Source: a virus. Taken from it: DNA of 64,000 nt. The notes beneath the pieces are model-generated. The model saw only the letters and a program-made list of their open reading frames with translations. It was not told the origin of the DNA and made no database searches. Made by a program: the position numbers and the translations under genes. This document shows positions 36,313 through 45,296 of this stretch, one piece after another. Within the stretch, counting starts at the first letter, position 1. Each line of letters opens with the position of its first letter. The stretch lies in IMG/VR virus record IMGVR_UViG_3300029788_000344. One strand, given 5' to 3'.

Positions 36313-36948
36313 TCAACAAGCGATGTCGTCAGAAGAATCCACCAACTCGAGATCTTCAAGATCCAGTTCGACATCATCGGGTCCACCATCGGGCTCCTCA
36401 TCATCGGAAGCACCAGTGGCATTCATCTGGGCTTCCATCATCTTGCGGAGTTCCTGAAGCCGCTGCATCAGCTCAGCAGGAATGCTATGCCCCTGGATAT
36501 CAAGCTCCTCCTCAGAGTAGAGTGCCTTCATGAAGATGCTGTACTCGGATTTGAGGATATGCATCATGCGAGCGAAAATCTCGAAAGCCATCTCGCCAAT
36601 GCCGTTATCGGGGCTATGCATGGGGAAGTCATACTCAACATTGATGTCACCATCCGTATCAAGATAGAACTTCATGTAGCGGATCTTGTGGTTGAGCACA
36701 TTGCAGGCTTCCATAACACGGGTTCTCTTCTCCGTGGGAGTGTTGGTGATCAGACCGAAGATGCCTGCCGTAACGTCGTTGTCATTATCGCGGCTGATGA
36801 ACCTCATGATCACGTTGGGCCCGCAGTCGACGGAAAAACCTGCCAGCAGCTGTTCGATGCCATGATGACTGACAACGTCGAACTTGACGCCGCGCTCCTC
36901 AAAGGTCTCTGCAATAAGGTTGGTTGCGTTGAATTCGTACTTGTTCAT
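36313..36948 (-). CDS. Hypothetical protein with a strongly acidic C-terminal tail (possibly a YbjN/T3SS-chaperone-like fold)
   Basis: Start set at the MNKYEF ATG behind AAAGGATG; the track ORF starts at 37101. The C-terminus reads DDEEPDGGPDDVELDLEDLELVDSSDD. The fold assignment is tentative. Confidence 0.4.
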   Translation of the reverse strand: MNKYEFNATNLIAETFEERGVKFDVVSHHGIEQLLAGFSVDCGPNVIMRFISRDNDNDVTAGIFGLITNTPTEKRTRVMEACNVLNHKIRYMKFYLDTDGDINVEYDFPMHSPDNGIGEMAFEIFARMMHILKSEYSIFMKALYSEEELDIQGHSIPAELMQRLQELRKMMEAQMNATGASDDEEPDGGPDDVELDLEDLELVDSSDDIAC

Positions 36949-37110
36949 TTTCGTACATCCTTTCGCTTTTAGTATTTTGGTGGGTTTGTGTTTGCTTTCT
37001 GTCCCTGTATACGGGAGCGTTTGGGGAATCTCCACTTTTTCAATTCTTTTTTGATTTCTGTGGTCGAGATATGAGAATATATCTCGTCTTTTCTCGACCA
37101 CAGAGTCTGT

Positions 37111-37845
37111 TCACCGACGCTTCGTCTTATAAGGGATAGCCACCCCGTCGACGATTTTGCAGATGTCATTAGCGTCAAACACACCATCGCTCTTGTCCTC
37201 GAAGCGGACATAGATTTTCTGCGTCCAGTAATCGTGGGGGATGGCATCCTCAACGATTCCGAATCCTCTCTTGGGATGGAGGATCTCATCGCCGATTTCA
37301 TAGTAGGCATAAGGGTTGCGTTCTTTGATACGGGTGAGAGTCTTGGAGGCAGTCTCAGAATCGACCGGCGCCTGATGCCACTTATTCAGATAGGCAAGCA
37401 CGTCGAATTCGACCACATCATCAGCGTTATATGCGGCAATCGCGTCAGTAAGGGACCACTTTTTGCTGATGGAGTCCGAATTGTTGTGGCAGCGGGTGGG
37501 ATCGGCACCGACCATCTTGCAAGCCCACTTCCAGTCATCCCCATGGGATGTCTCTCGACGGGAGTGGCCAATGTATCTTTCAAGATGAGCGACATCAACA
37601 TAGTAGTGGGCGTACTCATGCCGGATAACATCGATCACCTCGGCTTCCCCGGTGGTCGAGTCGTTGAAAAACTTACGGTTGAACCCGAACGCTTTAGGCT
37701 CAACATAACGGTAGTGCCCGAGGAACCACCCATAACTGTTGAAAGCGATGGGCAACGCAGCTCCGTTGAGTCCGGTTTTCTCATCCAGCTTGCGGATGAT
37801 GGAGCGAATCTTGTCCTCAGTCCAGGTTTTGGTGATAGTAGACAT
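37111..37845 (-). CDS. SprT-like (WLM/DUF45) zinc metalloprotease domain protein; first gene of the long operon
   Basis: The HExxH motif sits in the SprT context EVIDVIRHEYAHYYV with downstream His residues. Confidence 0.6.
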   Translation of the reverse strand: MSTITKTWTEDKIRSIIRKLDEKTGLNGAALPIAFNSYGWFLGHYRYVEPKAFGFNRKFFNDSTTGEAEVIDVIRHEYAHYYVDVAHLERYIGHSRRETSHGDDWKWACKMVGADPTRCHNNSDSISKKWSLTDAIAAYNADDVVEFDVLAYLNKWHQAPVDSETASKTLTRIKERNPYAYYEIGDEILHPKRGFGIVEDAIPHDYWTQKIYVRFEDKSDGVFDANDICKIVDGVAIPYKTKRR

Positions 37846-38200
37846 TGAAGCGACTCCTTTCGTGCTGTTCTGTCTCTTATTACGCAGCCTGAGTTGTTTT
37901 CTCCAAAAAAAGAGGACCTCAGAGTTAAGTCTGAAGTCCTAATAAAGTTGGATTGATATTGAATTGTTTAATTATAAGCTCAATTTCGGTTCCGAGTATT
38001 TCACTTCTCCTTTTTGCCGGTGTGCCTTGTCATCGAGACTAGTAGTATGAAAGCGGCAATTTAAACGATGTAAAAAGCTTTGGTGCTGAGAGTTTGTCTC
38101 GAAACCAGAGTATATTATTTAGCCCGGCTGTCCATGACGGCAGGTTTAAGTTTCATTTTGTGCTTTTGGGAACCCAGTGTCTCATAAATGTGGAAAAGAA

Positions 38201-38706
38201 TTATTCAGTACACTCACATTCTTCCAGAGCTCGATACAGTGCTGAAAGAAATATGCCTCGTTGCTGTAGCTTTTCACCCATTTGATATGTTGGATGCTGC
38301 CCTGCCAAATCACCCATTAACAAAATGGCAAGATCATCGCACCACTTGCGTCCGTATGATGCCAGTTCTTGTATTGTTACATCCGAACGTCCAAGAGCCG
38401 CATCATGGAATCTCACCAACCTTATCACATAATCGCTCTCACTAATTTTTCTGCAATTTGGGCAGACACCTCAGGATGGTTTTTAAAATGATCACACTTT
38501 CCGTCAAAACTTTTTGTTTTCATTTTGCCCGCATCGTGAAGCCATGCAGCTTTAATTAATTCAGTGCTTGCTCCGTGGTCAATACAATATCGCACGACAA
38601 CTTCTGTGTGTTTTCCCACAGAATAAACATGGTGCGGGGATCTTTGTTCACAGTTCCAAGCACCTGCGTCATGCATATACTTTTCTTCTCTTGTCATAAA
38701 GCCCAT
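38201..38706 (-). pseudogene. HD-domain phosphohydrolase gene disrupted by a frameshift (two overlapping ORFs)
   Basis: ORF 38425-38706 carries H..HH...AAWLHDAGK (His and HD motifs). ORF 38201-38428 continues HD-like helices in a different frame with a 4-nt overlap. Confidence 0.4.
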
Positions 38707-38741
38707 CCTCCCTATACAAGTGGAAAAGTGGATTATACCCG

Positions 38742-39050
38742 TTAGCGTATCTTTGCAGACGCACCACCCTTACGCAATATTTCACACAACAACATGGCAT
38801 CTTTTTGCGTCATCTCTTTGTTAATAACACAGGGGCAATTCTCAGCCATTCTTTTCGCCTCAGTCAGAGACAAATTCTTATCAAATCTTCGAATTGCTAA
38901 TGCTGTAAAGCCTATGCGTCTACCACTATTAATGAGATAAACCTCATGTGCAATGGAGGGAATACGAGGATACTCTTTGCCACAATAAGGGCAGACAGAA
39001 TCTGCGGTAAAAATCTTACGGCACGCACTGTTAGTACACCGCTTTTTCAT
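38742..39050 (-). CDS. Small protein with an N-terminal zinc ribbon and a ribosomal L7/L12 C-terminal-like domain
   Basis: Start set at the MKKRCTN ATG behind GGAGGTG; the track ORF begins at 39089. The zinc ribbon reads CTNSACRK...CPYCGK. The C-terminus LTEAKRMAENCPCVINKEMTQKDAMLLCEILRKGGASAKI resembles the L7/L12 C-terminal domain. Confidence 0.5.
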   Translation of the reverse strand: MKKRCTNSACRKIFTADSVCPYCGKEYPRIPSIAHEVYLINSGRRIGFTALAIRRFDKNLSLTEAKRMAENCPCVINKEMTQKDAMLLCEILRKGGASAKIR

Positions 39051-40038
39051 TTGATTGCACCTCCATTGACAGTAATACCTTCTATTCAATTAAATACTTG
39101 AATAATCCCTATGGCCCGGCCTTCGCCGTACATTGCTGTCCTCCATTGATATTCGGTCAACAGGGAGACAAGTCTGAGCCTACAACCCGTCGATCATAGA
39201 CTTCTTGCCCCAGCTTTCGCCAAACCCTGTACAGGAATGGTTACCTGCAAATTCACCAGCCATTCAGAATTTGATTGTAGAATTGCCATTCGGCTACTCT
39301 TTCTGGACGCTTCCGTTATACTCAGATTTCTCTGATTCAAGGCAAGATGCATTAGAGGCAATCCCTCTGTCGTACCAGCGGCCAAGCTGGCATCCCTTAG
39401 GGTTATTCTCGCACAGCGAGCGTCTATTGTTGCACCCGGAAGATCCAAACCTTTCAATGCAGACAGTTCTGCGACACATGTTCCCGTTGGCGGTTCCGCC
39501 TTTCACTAAACATCACTGTTTTCGTGTGACCTTATCTTACAGGTATCCTTGTATTAAAGGCCAGAGGTACCATGCGCCTCGAAGCACTGGCATGCTTTGT
39601 TCATCGAGTTGGTCATAAGCATGATTCAGATATTATTTTTTCAAAGATCACATTGGATGTTAGCTTTGTTCATCGCCCTACACCTAGTTTTTACAGAATC
39701 TGAGTTTAACTGCATCGGATTTCACAGGGCTTTATTCCAGTGCCATATATAATTATAGATAAAACATATTGCCTTGTCAACTATGCTATATCGTTGGAAA
39801 CCATATTCTTAATGGGCATTAACACTTTGCGCCTTGCTTTTATATACGAAATACATATTGAATCTCCAAATAGAGGGGTTACACCTTAATCCTTTGAATT
39901 TCCACAAGTATTCTTGTTTCTGAATACGAAGATAGTTTGTAATTCTCCAAGAACTTTTTATTTAATCGCGTCCACAATGAAATGGAGATTTTTTGTAGTC
40001 AGCTTTCAGTTTTGCAATTCGCTATTTAAAGGTTTTTA

Positions 40039-40581
40039 TTAGCAGATTTCATCGATCAACGAGCCATAGAGCTTTTCGTAGTACGAATAACTTCTGCACA
40101 TATCCTCATCGAGAGCTTGACGGCGAATCCAACGATTCGTGATTTTTGCGGCATTCTTATCCTTCGGCCCGAGAGCGTAACTGCCGCGAATAGGAAATGC
40201 TGCCCCGTGATACTTTCGAAGATCTCCTCGGAGTGAAAGAAACACTCGGGTATAAGGGTTAAAGGAATAGGTCATCTTCGGATCATAAAAATCTCCGTCA
40301 TTATAAGAGGGAAAACAAAGATAAATAGTGGGACTGCAACGCGTACCATGCCGCTTAGAATAATCCATGTCAGGATTAATGCTAAGAAATCGGCGAACCA
40401 ATTTCTTTTTGTACTCACGCTTTTTGACCCACGAGCAATCAATTTGGCGGAATGCCTGCTTATTGGCAGGCATCACATTCCTGACCGGATCGATAATGAC
40501 ATCAATTGCCAGTTTTTCATGATAGGCAGGACTGCGCTCAAAGTTGTCCAATGCACCAGGCATTTCATACCAGTTAATCAT
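40039..40581 (-). CDS. Hypothetical protein (180 aa)
   Basis: Coding-like amino-acid composition. No motif was recognised. Confidence 0.35.
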   Translation of the reverse strand: MINWYEMPGALDNFERSPAYHEKLAIDVIIDPVRNVMPANKQAFRQIDCSWVKKREYKKKLVRRFLSINPDMDYSKRHGTRCSPTIYLCFPSYNDGDFYDPKMTYSFNPYTRVFLSLRGDLRKYHGAAFPIRGSYALGPKDKNAAKITNRWIRRQALDEDMCRSYSYYEKLYGSLIDEIC

Positions 40582-40812
40582 ACCAAGATTCTCCCCGTAT
40601 CTGTTCTAACTCTAGATACGAAGAGAATTTTGATTTCTCCACACGATTGTTATTTAAGCGCTCATATCTTTCAGATATTTGACGAGAATGCTTTCTGTGA
40701 AAGCCACATTTTCAATCTGCTGTGGTGTAGATGTTCGCAAAATATTTGTGTCCGCGTAGAAATCCATATGCTATCAAGCTTTAGCCCTCTGTTCTATTGC
40801 AACAGTAAGATG

Positions 40813-42459
40813 TTAACAACACATTTGCCAATTCCCGTGATACTGTTCCGATTTCAGCGGTTTCATTCGACATATATCTGCATAAAGCAACTCGTCATCA
40901 ATATCCGTTACGTAGTTTCTGGAATCGGGTCCACGAACGCTCTTCGTTAAGCCATTCCAGGCAAAAAAATCGGAGAGCGGATTATAAGAAGAAGCACGTC
41001 TCAAGAGCCGACAAAAAGCCGCCATTTCATCATTGGTTGAATAGTGTACTATCAGTTGCTCAATTCTTCCACTTAATTCAGCAATCCACCGAAAATGTCT
41101 AATAGCCTGCAATTCTTCTTTTCTAAAACAATTGTACCTTTTTTCACGCTCATCATCTGTATAAGCTTCCACATCGCATTCAAACCAGCTACGATGCTCA
41201 AGCCAACCATCACAAAAGTAATCATCTGGATATCCAATATGTATTACTTCAATACTAGGCTCATCAATGGCGCAAAAAGAATATTCATCCATCCAAATAT
41301 CCGAAACATGGGCGCGCATGTTCCCGAGTCCTTCCCCAAAAAAAGAGAGTTGAATAATGCTTGATAAGCGAGAACAATTATAGAAAACACATGATCCAAA
41401 ACTAATATCGCGGCAATAATCGATTACAATATATTCAACATTCATGCATGATTCAAATGCCATATCTGGTATTTCCGGATTCACATTATACCTGTTGCCA
41501 TTAATAGTAATTGATGTTGGAATAAACAAAATCCTTGTATCGCCGCAAAAATCAAGCAATGTTATAGTTCCGTCACTTTCAATACGGCAAATAAGCGTTC
41601 CGCCACAAAATGGAATTTCAAGCCTTCGCCCTTCTTCATCGTCATCATTACAGGTAAAATTGATAACCACGTAATTATCGAGATCATCATATACAGAATA
41701 ATCAACCGGATCGCCCAAGCCATTTATCTCGTCATCAATGGTTTCGATAGCATAATCTTTTGTAAGCCATTCGGGGAATCCGTCAATGCTCTTTGTCAAA
41801 AGTGTGACTATGCTTTTTATGGAACCCAAACTGCTCTGCTCGATTTTCTCATGTCGAAGTAGGAAAAAATGAACTAAGTAGCCTTCGACTTCATCTTTGC
41901 TCCCGAGATTCTCCCACCAGGAATCAGCTCCGCTCAGTCTATCCGGTAACAAAGAAAACAAAGCATCTGCTGTTTTCCAATCATTCGGAGCAGATAAATT
42001 CAAGGCGAAAAGCAACCCCATATTGATCATGCAGAAAGGCTCCTGTTCCTTGACACCGGGAAGAAGCAACGTGATTACCTCTGCATTGTTGATTGAATCC
42101 CCCCGCTTCCTCCGAAGTACATAAGCCAAATTGTTATTAAGGGTATTGTCGTCAACCAAATCACACGCATTACGGAACAGGTATTCTGCGAAGTCAATAT
42201 CTCCGGTTTCACATTCTTCAAATGCAATGGAATGAAGAATATGTGCATAGGTTGATATATCGGTTTCTGCAGAACGACGAATCATACCAAGAAGCTGCTC
42301 CAATTTCTTGCGCCTTAAGAAGTCCTCCTCGTAACAGAACGCCTTAAGCAATTCCTTTAAAAGGGCCTGTGCCTCCTCAAGAACCAGAGAGCTTGGGCTA
42401 CTACAGAACTGTTCGACTCGTCTATTTAGTTTGGCAATATCAACACTCATGAAACTCAC
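40813..42459 (-). CDS. Leucine-rich-repeat protein (BspA/Treponema-type LRR) hypothetical
   Basis: The central region has repeated F.xC..L..I.IP-like units (AFESCMNVEYIVI, ISFGSCVFYNCSRLSSI). Confidence 0.45.
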   Translation of the reverse strand: MSFMSVDIAKLNRRVEQFCSSPSSLVLEEAQALLKELLKAFCYEEDFLRRKKLEQLLGMIRRSAETDISTYAHILHSIAFEECETGDIDFAEYLFRNACDLVDDNTLNNNLAYVLRRKRGDSINNAEVITLLLPGVKEQEPFCMINMGLLFALNLSAPNDWKTADALFSLLPDRLSGADSWWENLGSKDEVEGYLVHFFLLRHEKIEQSSLGSIKSIVTLLTKSIDGFPEWLTKDYAIETIDDEINGLGDPVDYSVYDDLDNYVVINFTCNDDDEEGRRLEIPFCGGTLICRIESDGTITLLDFCGDTRILFIPTSITINGNRYNVNPEIPDMAFESCMNVEYIVIDYCRDISFGSCVFYNCSRLSSIIQLSFFGEGLGNMRAHVSDIWMDEYSFCAIDEPSIEVIHIGYPDDYFCDGWLEHRSWFECDVEAYTDDEREKRYNCFRKEELQAIRHFRWIAELSGRIEQLIVHYSTNDEMAAFCRLLRRASSYNPLSDFFAWNGLTKSVRGPDSRNYVTDIDDELLYADICRMKPLKSEQYHGNWQMCC

Positions 42460-42482
42460 CTTCTTCCGAGTTGTTCACATTC

Positions 42483-43508
42483 TTATTGAACCAAGTAATT
42501 AAGCTCCTCGTACTTTTCGGGGATGGGAACTCCAGATTTGTTCACAAGGACGATGGCCTTGGCTTTCATCGTATTAACATATGCTGCTCTGTGTTCCTGC
42601 CGCAGAGAGATATCAAAATCAGCATAGATATCACACGCTGTTTCCTCAGAGATGGCGGTTCCAATCTGTTCTGCCTGTTGGGCAAGAGCCATCTTGGTAA
42701 GACCCATAAGGTAGTATAAATACCCCTCGTTAACAGATCTCTGCGTTTGCATGGCATCACGAAGCCCTCGCTGGATTAGCGTCAACGCCTCTTCATAGTC
42801 GCCACGGTCAAACAATAAATCCGAAAGGCGAAGCGCACATTTCGGAGCAATCTTAAGATTGCTCAAAGCCAAGCGCAGAACTTCCTCTTCTTCTTTCTTT
42901 TTGTGCAGTAATTTGTAGATATCTGCCTCGCAACGATAGCTTTCCTCATCAAAGGGAAGATTCTTTCTGAAGGCCGCCGCTAAACTCAGCATCTCTTCCT
43001 GAAGCTTTTCCAATTCCTTTTCCGAATCGCTCCGCTCCCAAAGGTATGTCAGATAACTAACCGAGAAACTGTATCCACGCCAGCCCCAACGTATTTTAGG
43101 TATCTTAGAGAGCACCTTGTAGAACAATTTACACTTCTCTATCCTTCCGCAAGAGGTGCCATACTGGAGATAATCTGCCAGCAAATCGATGTTCTTGGGG
43201 TATATCGACAATCCGCACTCCAGGAGATCGCATGCAAGGTCATACAAGTCCTTCCTTGCAATATCGACGGCAAAATTGTGCCAATCATCAGCATCACCGG
43301 CTTTAACTGTTTGCTGAATGACTCTTTGGACAAGAGCATTGAGATCTTTAAGAGCCGCCTCCGCCTCATACAAGTCATCGCTGGAAATATTCTCCAGGTA
43401 CGTCTGTGCGATGGTGTTTGCTGTCTTTATAGGAATATTAATTACCTCTCCGTTTTCTAACACAGCATCATTTTCTTCAGTAGAAGCTATAATAACTTCT
43501 CGTTCCAT
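42483..43508 (-). CDS. TPR-like helical repeat protein
   Basis: The protein is helical-repeat rich (YLYYLMGLTKMALAQQAEQ.., EALTLIQRGL..). It is co-operonic with the LRR and VirD4-like genes. Confidence 0.45.
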   Translation of the reverse strand: MEREVIIASTEENDAVLENGEVINIPIKTANTIAQTYLENISSDDLYEAEAALKDLNALVQRVIQQTVKAGDADDWHNFAVDIARKDLYDLACDLLECGLSIYPKNIDLLADYLQYGTSCGRIEKCKLFYKVLSKIPKIRWGWRGYSFSVSYLTYLWERSDSEKELEKLQEEMLSLAAAFRKNLPFDEESYRCEADIYKLLHKKKEEEEVLRLALSNLKIAPKCALRLSDLLFDRGDYEEALTLIQRGLRDAMQTQRSVNEGYLYYLMGLTKMALAQQAEQIGTAISEETACDIYADFDISLRQEHRAAYVNTMKAKAIVLVNKSGVPIPEKYEELNYLVQ

Positions 43509-43522
43509 ATTATTTATCCTCC

Positions 43523-45286
43523 TTATTCTTCGGTCGAACCAGTCGCGCTGGCTTGATATAGTTCATCACGGCGGCCCTTTATTGTATCAATCACTTGACC
43601 AAGTTTGGACGCGTCTGATTGTTCTGCTTCTCTCCGCTCTTCTTCTTCCAACTCGGCAATCCGTTTATCTATCCTCGCAACCAGATCATCAACATTCAGC
43701 TGTGGCTCTGATGAGCTTGTTCCTGTTCCGGGCGGAGTAATTGTTGAAGGAGGAGTACTTGAACCCGAAGTGTTAAACGGGTTGAAACCAGGATTCAAAG
43801 AAGCGGACATTCTTGCCCGTTCTTCCTCGACAATTGCTTTGGCTTCTGCAGGAAGTTTCGAAAAATCAATATTAAATCTCGAAAGCCTTTCCGGTGTATA
43901 GAAATCGATTACTTTGTAACTCCGTTCCCCAAATCGATCAATATCTAGCAAATTCACAAGACACGGTTTTGATTTTCCCGCCAGCAAAAGTGCTTCGTCC
44001 TTATCCTTTGACAAATGTTGTAAATCATAAATTGAGACGTTCGGCGTCCGATCTTTCTTTTGACCACATAACTCAGACACTTCTCGAAGAAGCTCAAGCT
44101 CTCGTGTAAACAGAACAACCCAGTTCGTGCAATTCGATATGATAGTTGCCGCCTCTTCTTTGTATCGCTTCACTAATTGTGATTTCGACTGTATGCAGAT
44201 GAGATAGCGTATATTCCTTGATCTGGCAGCAGAAATCATGCTTGGGAAATCGCTGCCAATGGCGGGAAGACTGCTAAACTCATCTAGAATATAGTTAACA
44301 CGAATCCCCAAACGCCCGCCACTTTGTGTCGCAGAATAAATCAGATGCTGGTAGCTCTGCGAAATAAACATCGCAACAATCGAGGAATAGGTCGTCTTTT
44401 CGTCCGGAGTAATAAGATAAACAGCTGTTTTGCTCTGCCCGATTTCCTCAATATCAAAGTTGGAGTTCGCCAGCATTTCCAGTAAAGACGGTTGTATTGC
44501 CAATGCCCTTAGCTTTTGGTCAAGGGTTGCTAGAATTCCGCGCATAGTATCTTGGGCGGTCATAACACTCCCCGTCAAGCTTGCCGCAATCAACTCATCC
44601 TTGCTTGCCCATTTCCAAAGCGGAGAGTTTTTTGCGTTTACTCCGTTCTCAAACAGTTTCCGCCTTAACCGCAAGAGATTTGAGATGTTCACAGCATTGT
44701 CGGGATAATCCATTTCCTTACACAGCTTAAAAAGGAGCATTATGAGGCCTAAGCAGCAGTCATATGCCGAGTAACCCCAGAACGGATCGTCAGATGCAAT
44801 TTCACCAAGTATAAGTGTATTTGCTATATCGTTGGCGAACTCCGCAGCCTTATCCATATCGCCAGCCTTATAGTAGCTATAAGGTATCTGAAGCGGATTC
44901 CACGCATGGCCCACCGATGGATCACGCAGATTGACAGTAATAATGCTGTACCCCAAATCGCGGAGTTCACCAGCTGTACGGTTATATAGCTCGCCTTTGG
45001 GATCATTGATAATCATGCTCTCGCCGGCATAGCCCAAAACCTTGATGGCAGGCAAAACAAGAGCGCGAGTTTTTTTGCTGCCGGATGCACCAACGACAAG
45101 TGTATGACTGTCAGTGGCATCTACAGCCAGCTGCTGTTTCTCCTTGTTGTACAAGAGTGGGAATCCACCGGTTTGACCATCAAAAGATTTCTTGCCAGAA
45201 AACTGGTGAGTGTTTATATCAAGATGGGCAAATTCTTGAAACAGCACTTCTGGGCGTGAAAGATTTGGGTTGTTAGAACTTATCAT
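43523..45286 (-). CDS. Second VirD4/TraG-family ATPase paralogue (soluble, no N-terminal TM)
   Basis: Walker A reads LVVGASGSKKTRALVLPAIKVL. The TraG-type Walker B region reads VNYILDEFSSLPAIGSDFPSMISAARSRNIRYLICIQSKSQLVKRY. The C-terminal coiled-coil motif DLVARIDKRIAELEEEERREAEQ is shared with the 22392-24233 paralogue. Confidence 0.7.
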   Translation of the reverse strand: MISSNNPNLSRPEVLFQEFAHLDINTHQFSGKKSFDGQTGGFPLLYNKEKQQLAVDATDSHTLVVGASGSKKTRALVLPAIKVLGYAGESMIINDPKGELYNRTAGELRDLGYSIITVNLRDPSVGHAWNPLQIPYSYYKAGDMDKAAEFANDIANTLILGEIASDDPFWGYSAYDCCLGLIMLLFKLCKEMDYPDNAVNISNLLRLRRKLFENGVNAKNSPLWKWASKDELIAASLTGSVMTAQDTMRGILATLDQKLRALAIQPSLLEMLANSNFDIEEIGQSKTAVYLITPDEKTTYSSIVAMFISQSYQHLIYSATQSGGRLGIRVNYILDEFSSLPAIGSDFPSMISAARSRNIRYLICIQSKSQLVKRYKEEAATIISNCTNWVVLFTRELELLREVSELCGQKKDRTPNVSIYDLQHLSKDKDEALLLAGKSKPCLVNLLDIDRFGERSYKVIDFYTPERLSRFNIDFSKLPAEAKAIVEEERARMSASLNPGFNPFNTSGSSTPPSTITPPGTGTSSSEPQLNVDDLVARIDKRIAELEEEERREAEQSDASKLGQVIDTIKGRRDELYQASATGSTEE

Positions 45287-45296
45287 ATACTACTCC

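Noticed and set aside
35862-36533. 223-aa plus-strand ORF
   Set aside because: It is antisense to the Ubl and acidic-protein genes and has low-complexity S/R-rich composition.
25029-37845. Interpretation as a CBASS type II system (Cap2 E1/E2 plus Cap3 JAB)
   Set aside because: No CD-NTase/nucleotidyltransferase (GS...DxD) gene is present. E1 and E2 are separate proteins. A free Ubl gene is present, which fits Bil-like logic rather than Cap2/Cap3.
37234-37848. 204-aa plus-strand ORF
   Set aside because: It is antisense to the SprT-like gene, which carries a clear HExxH motif.
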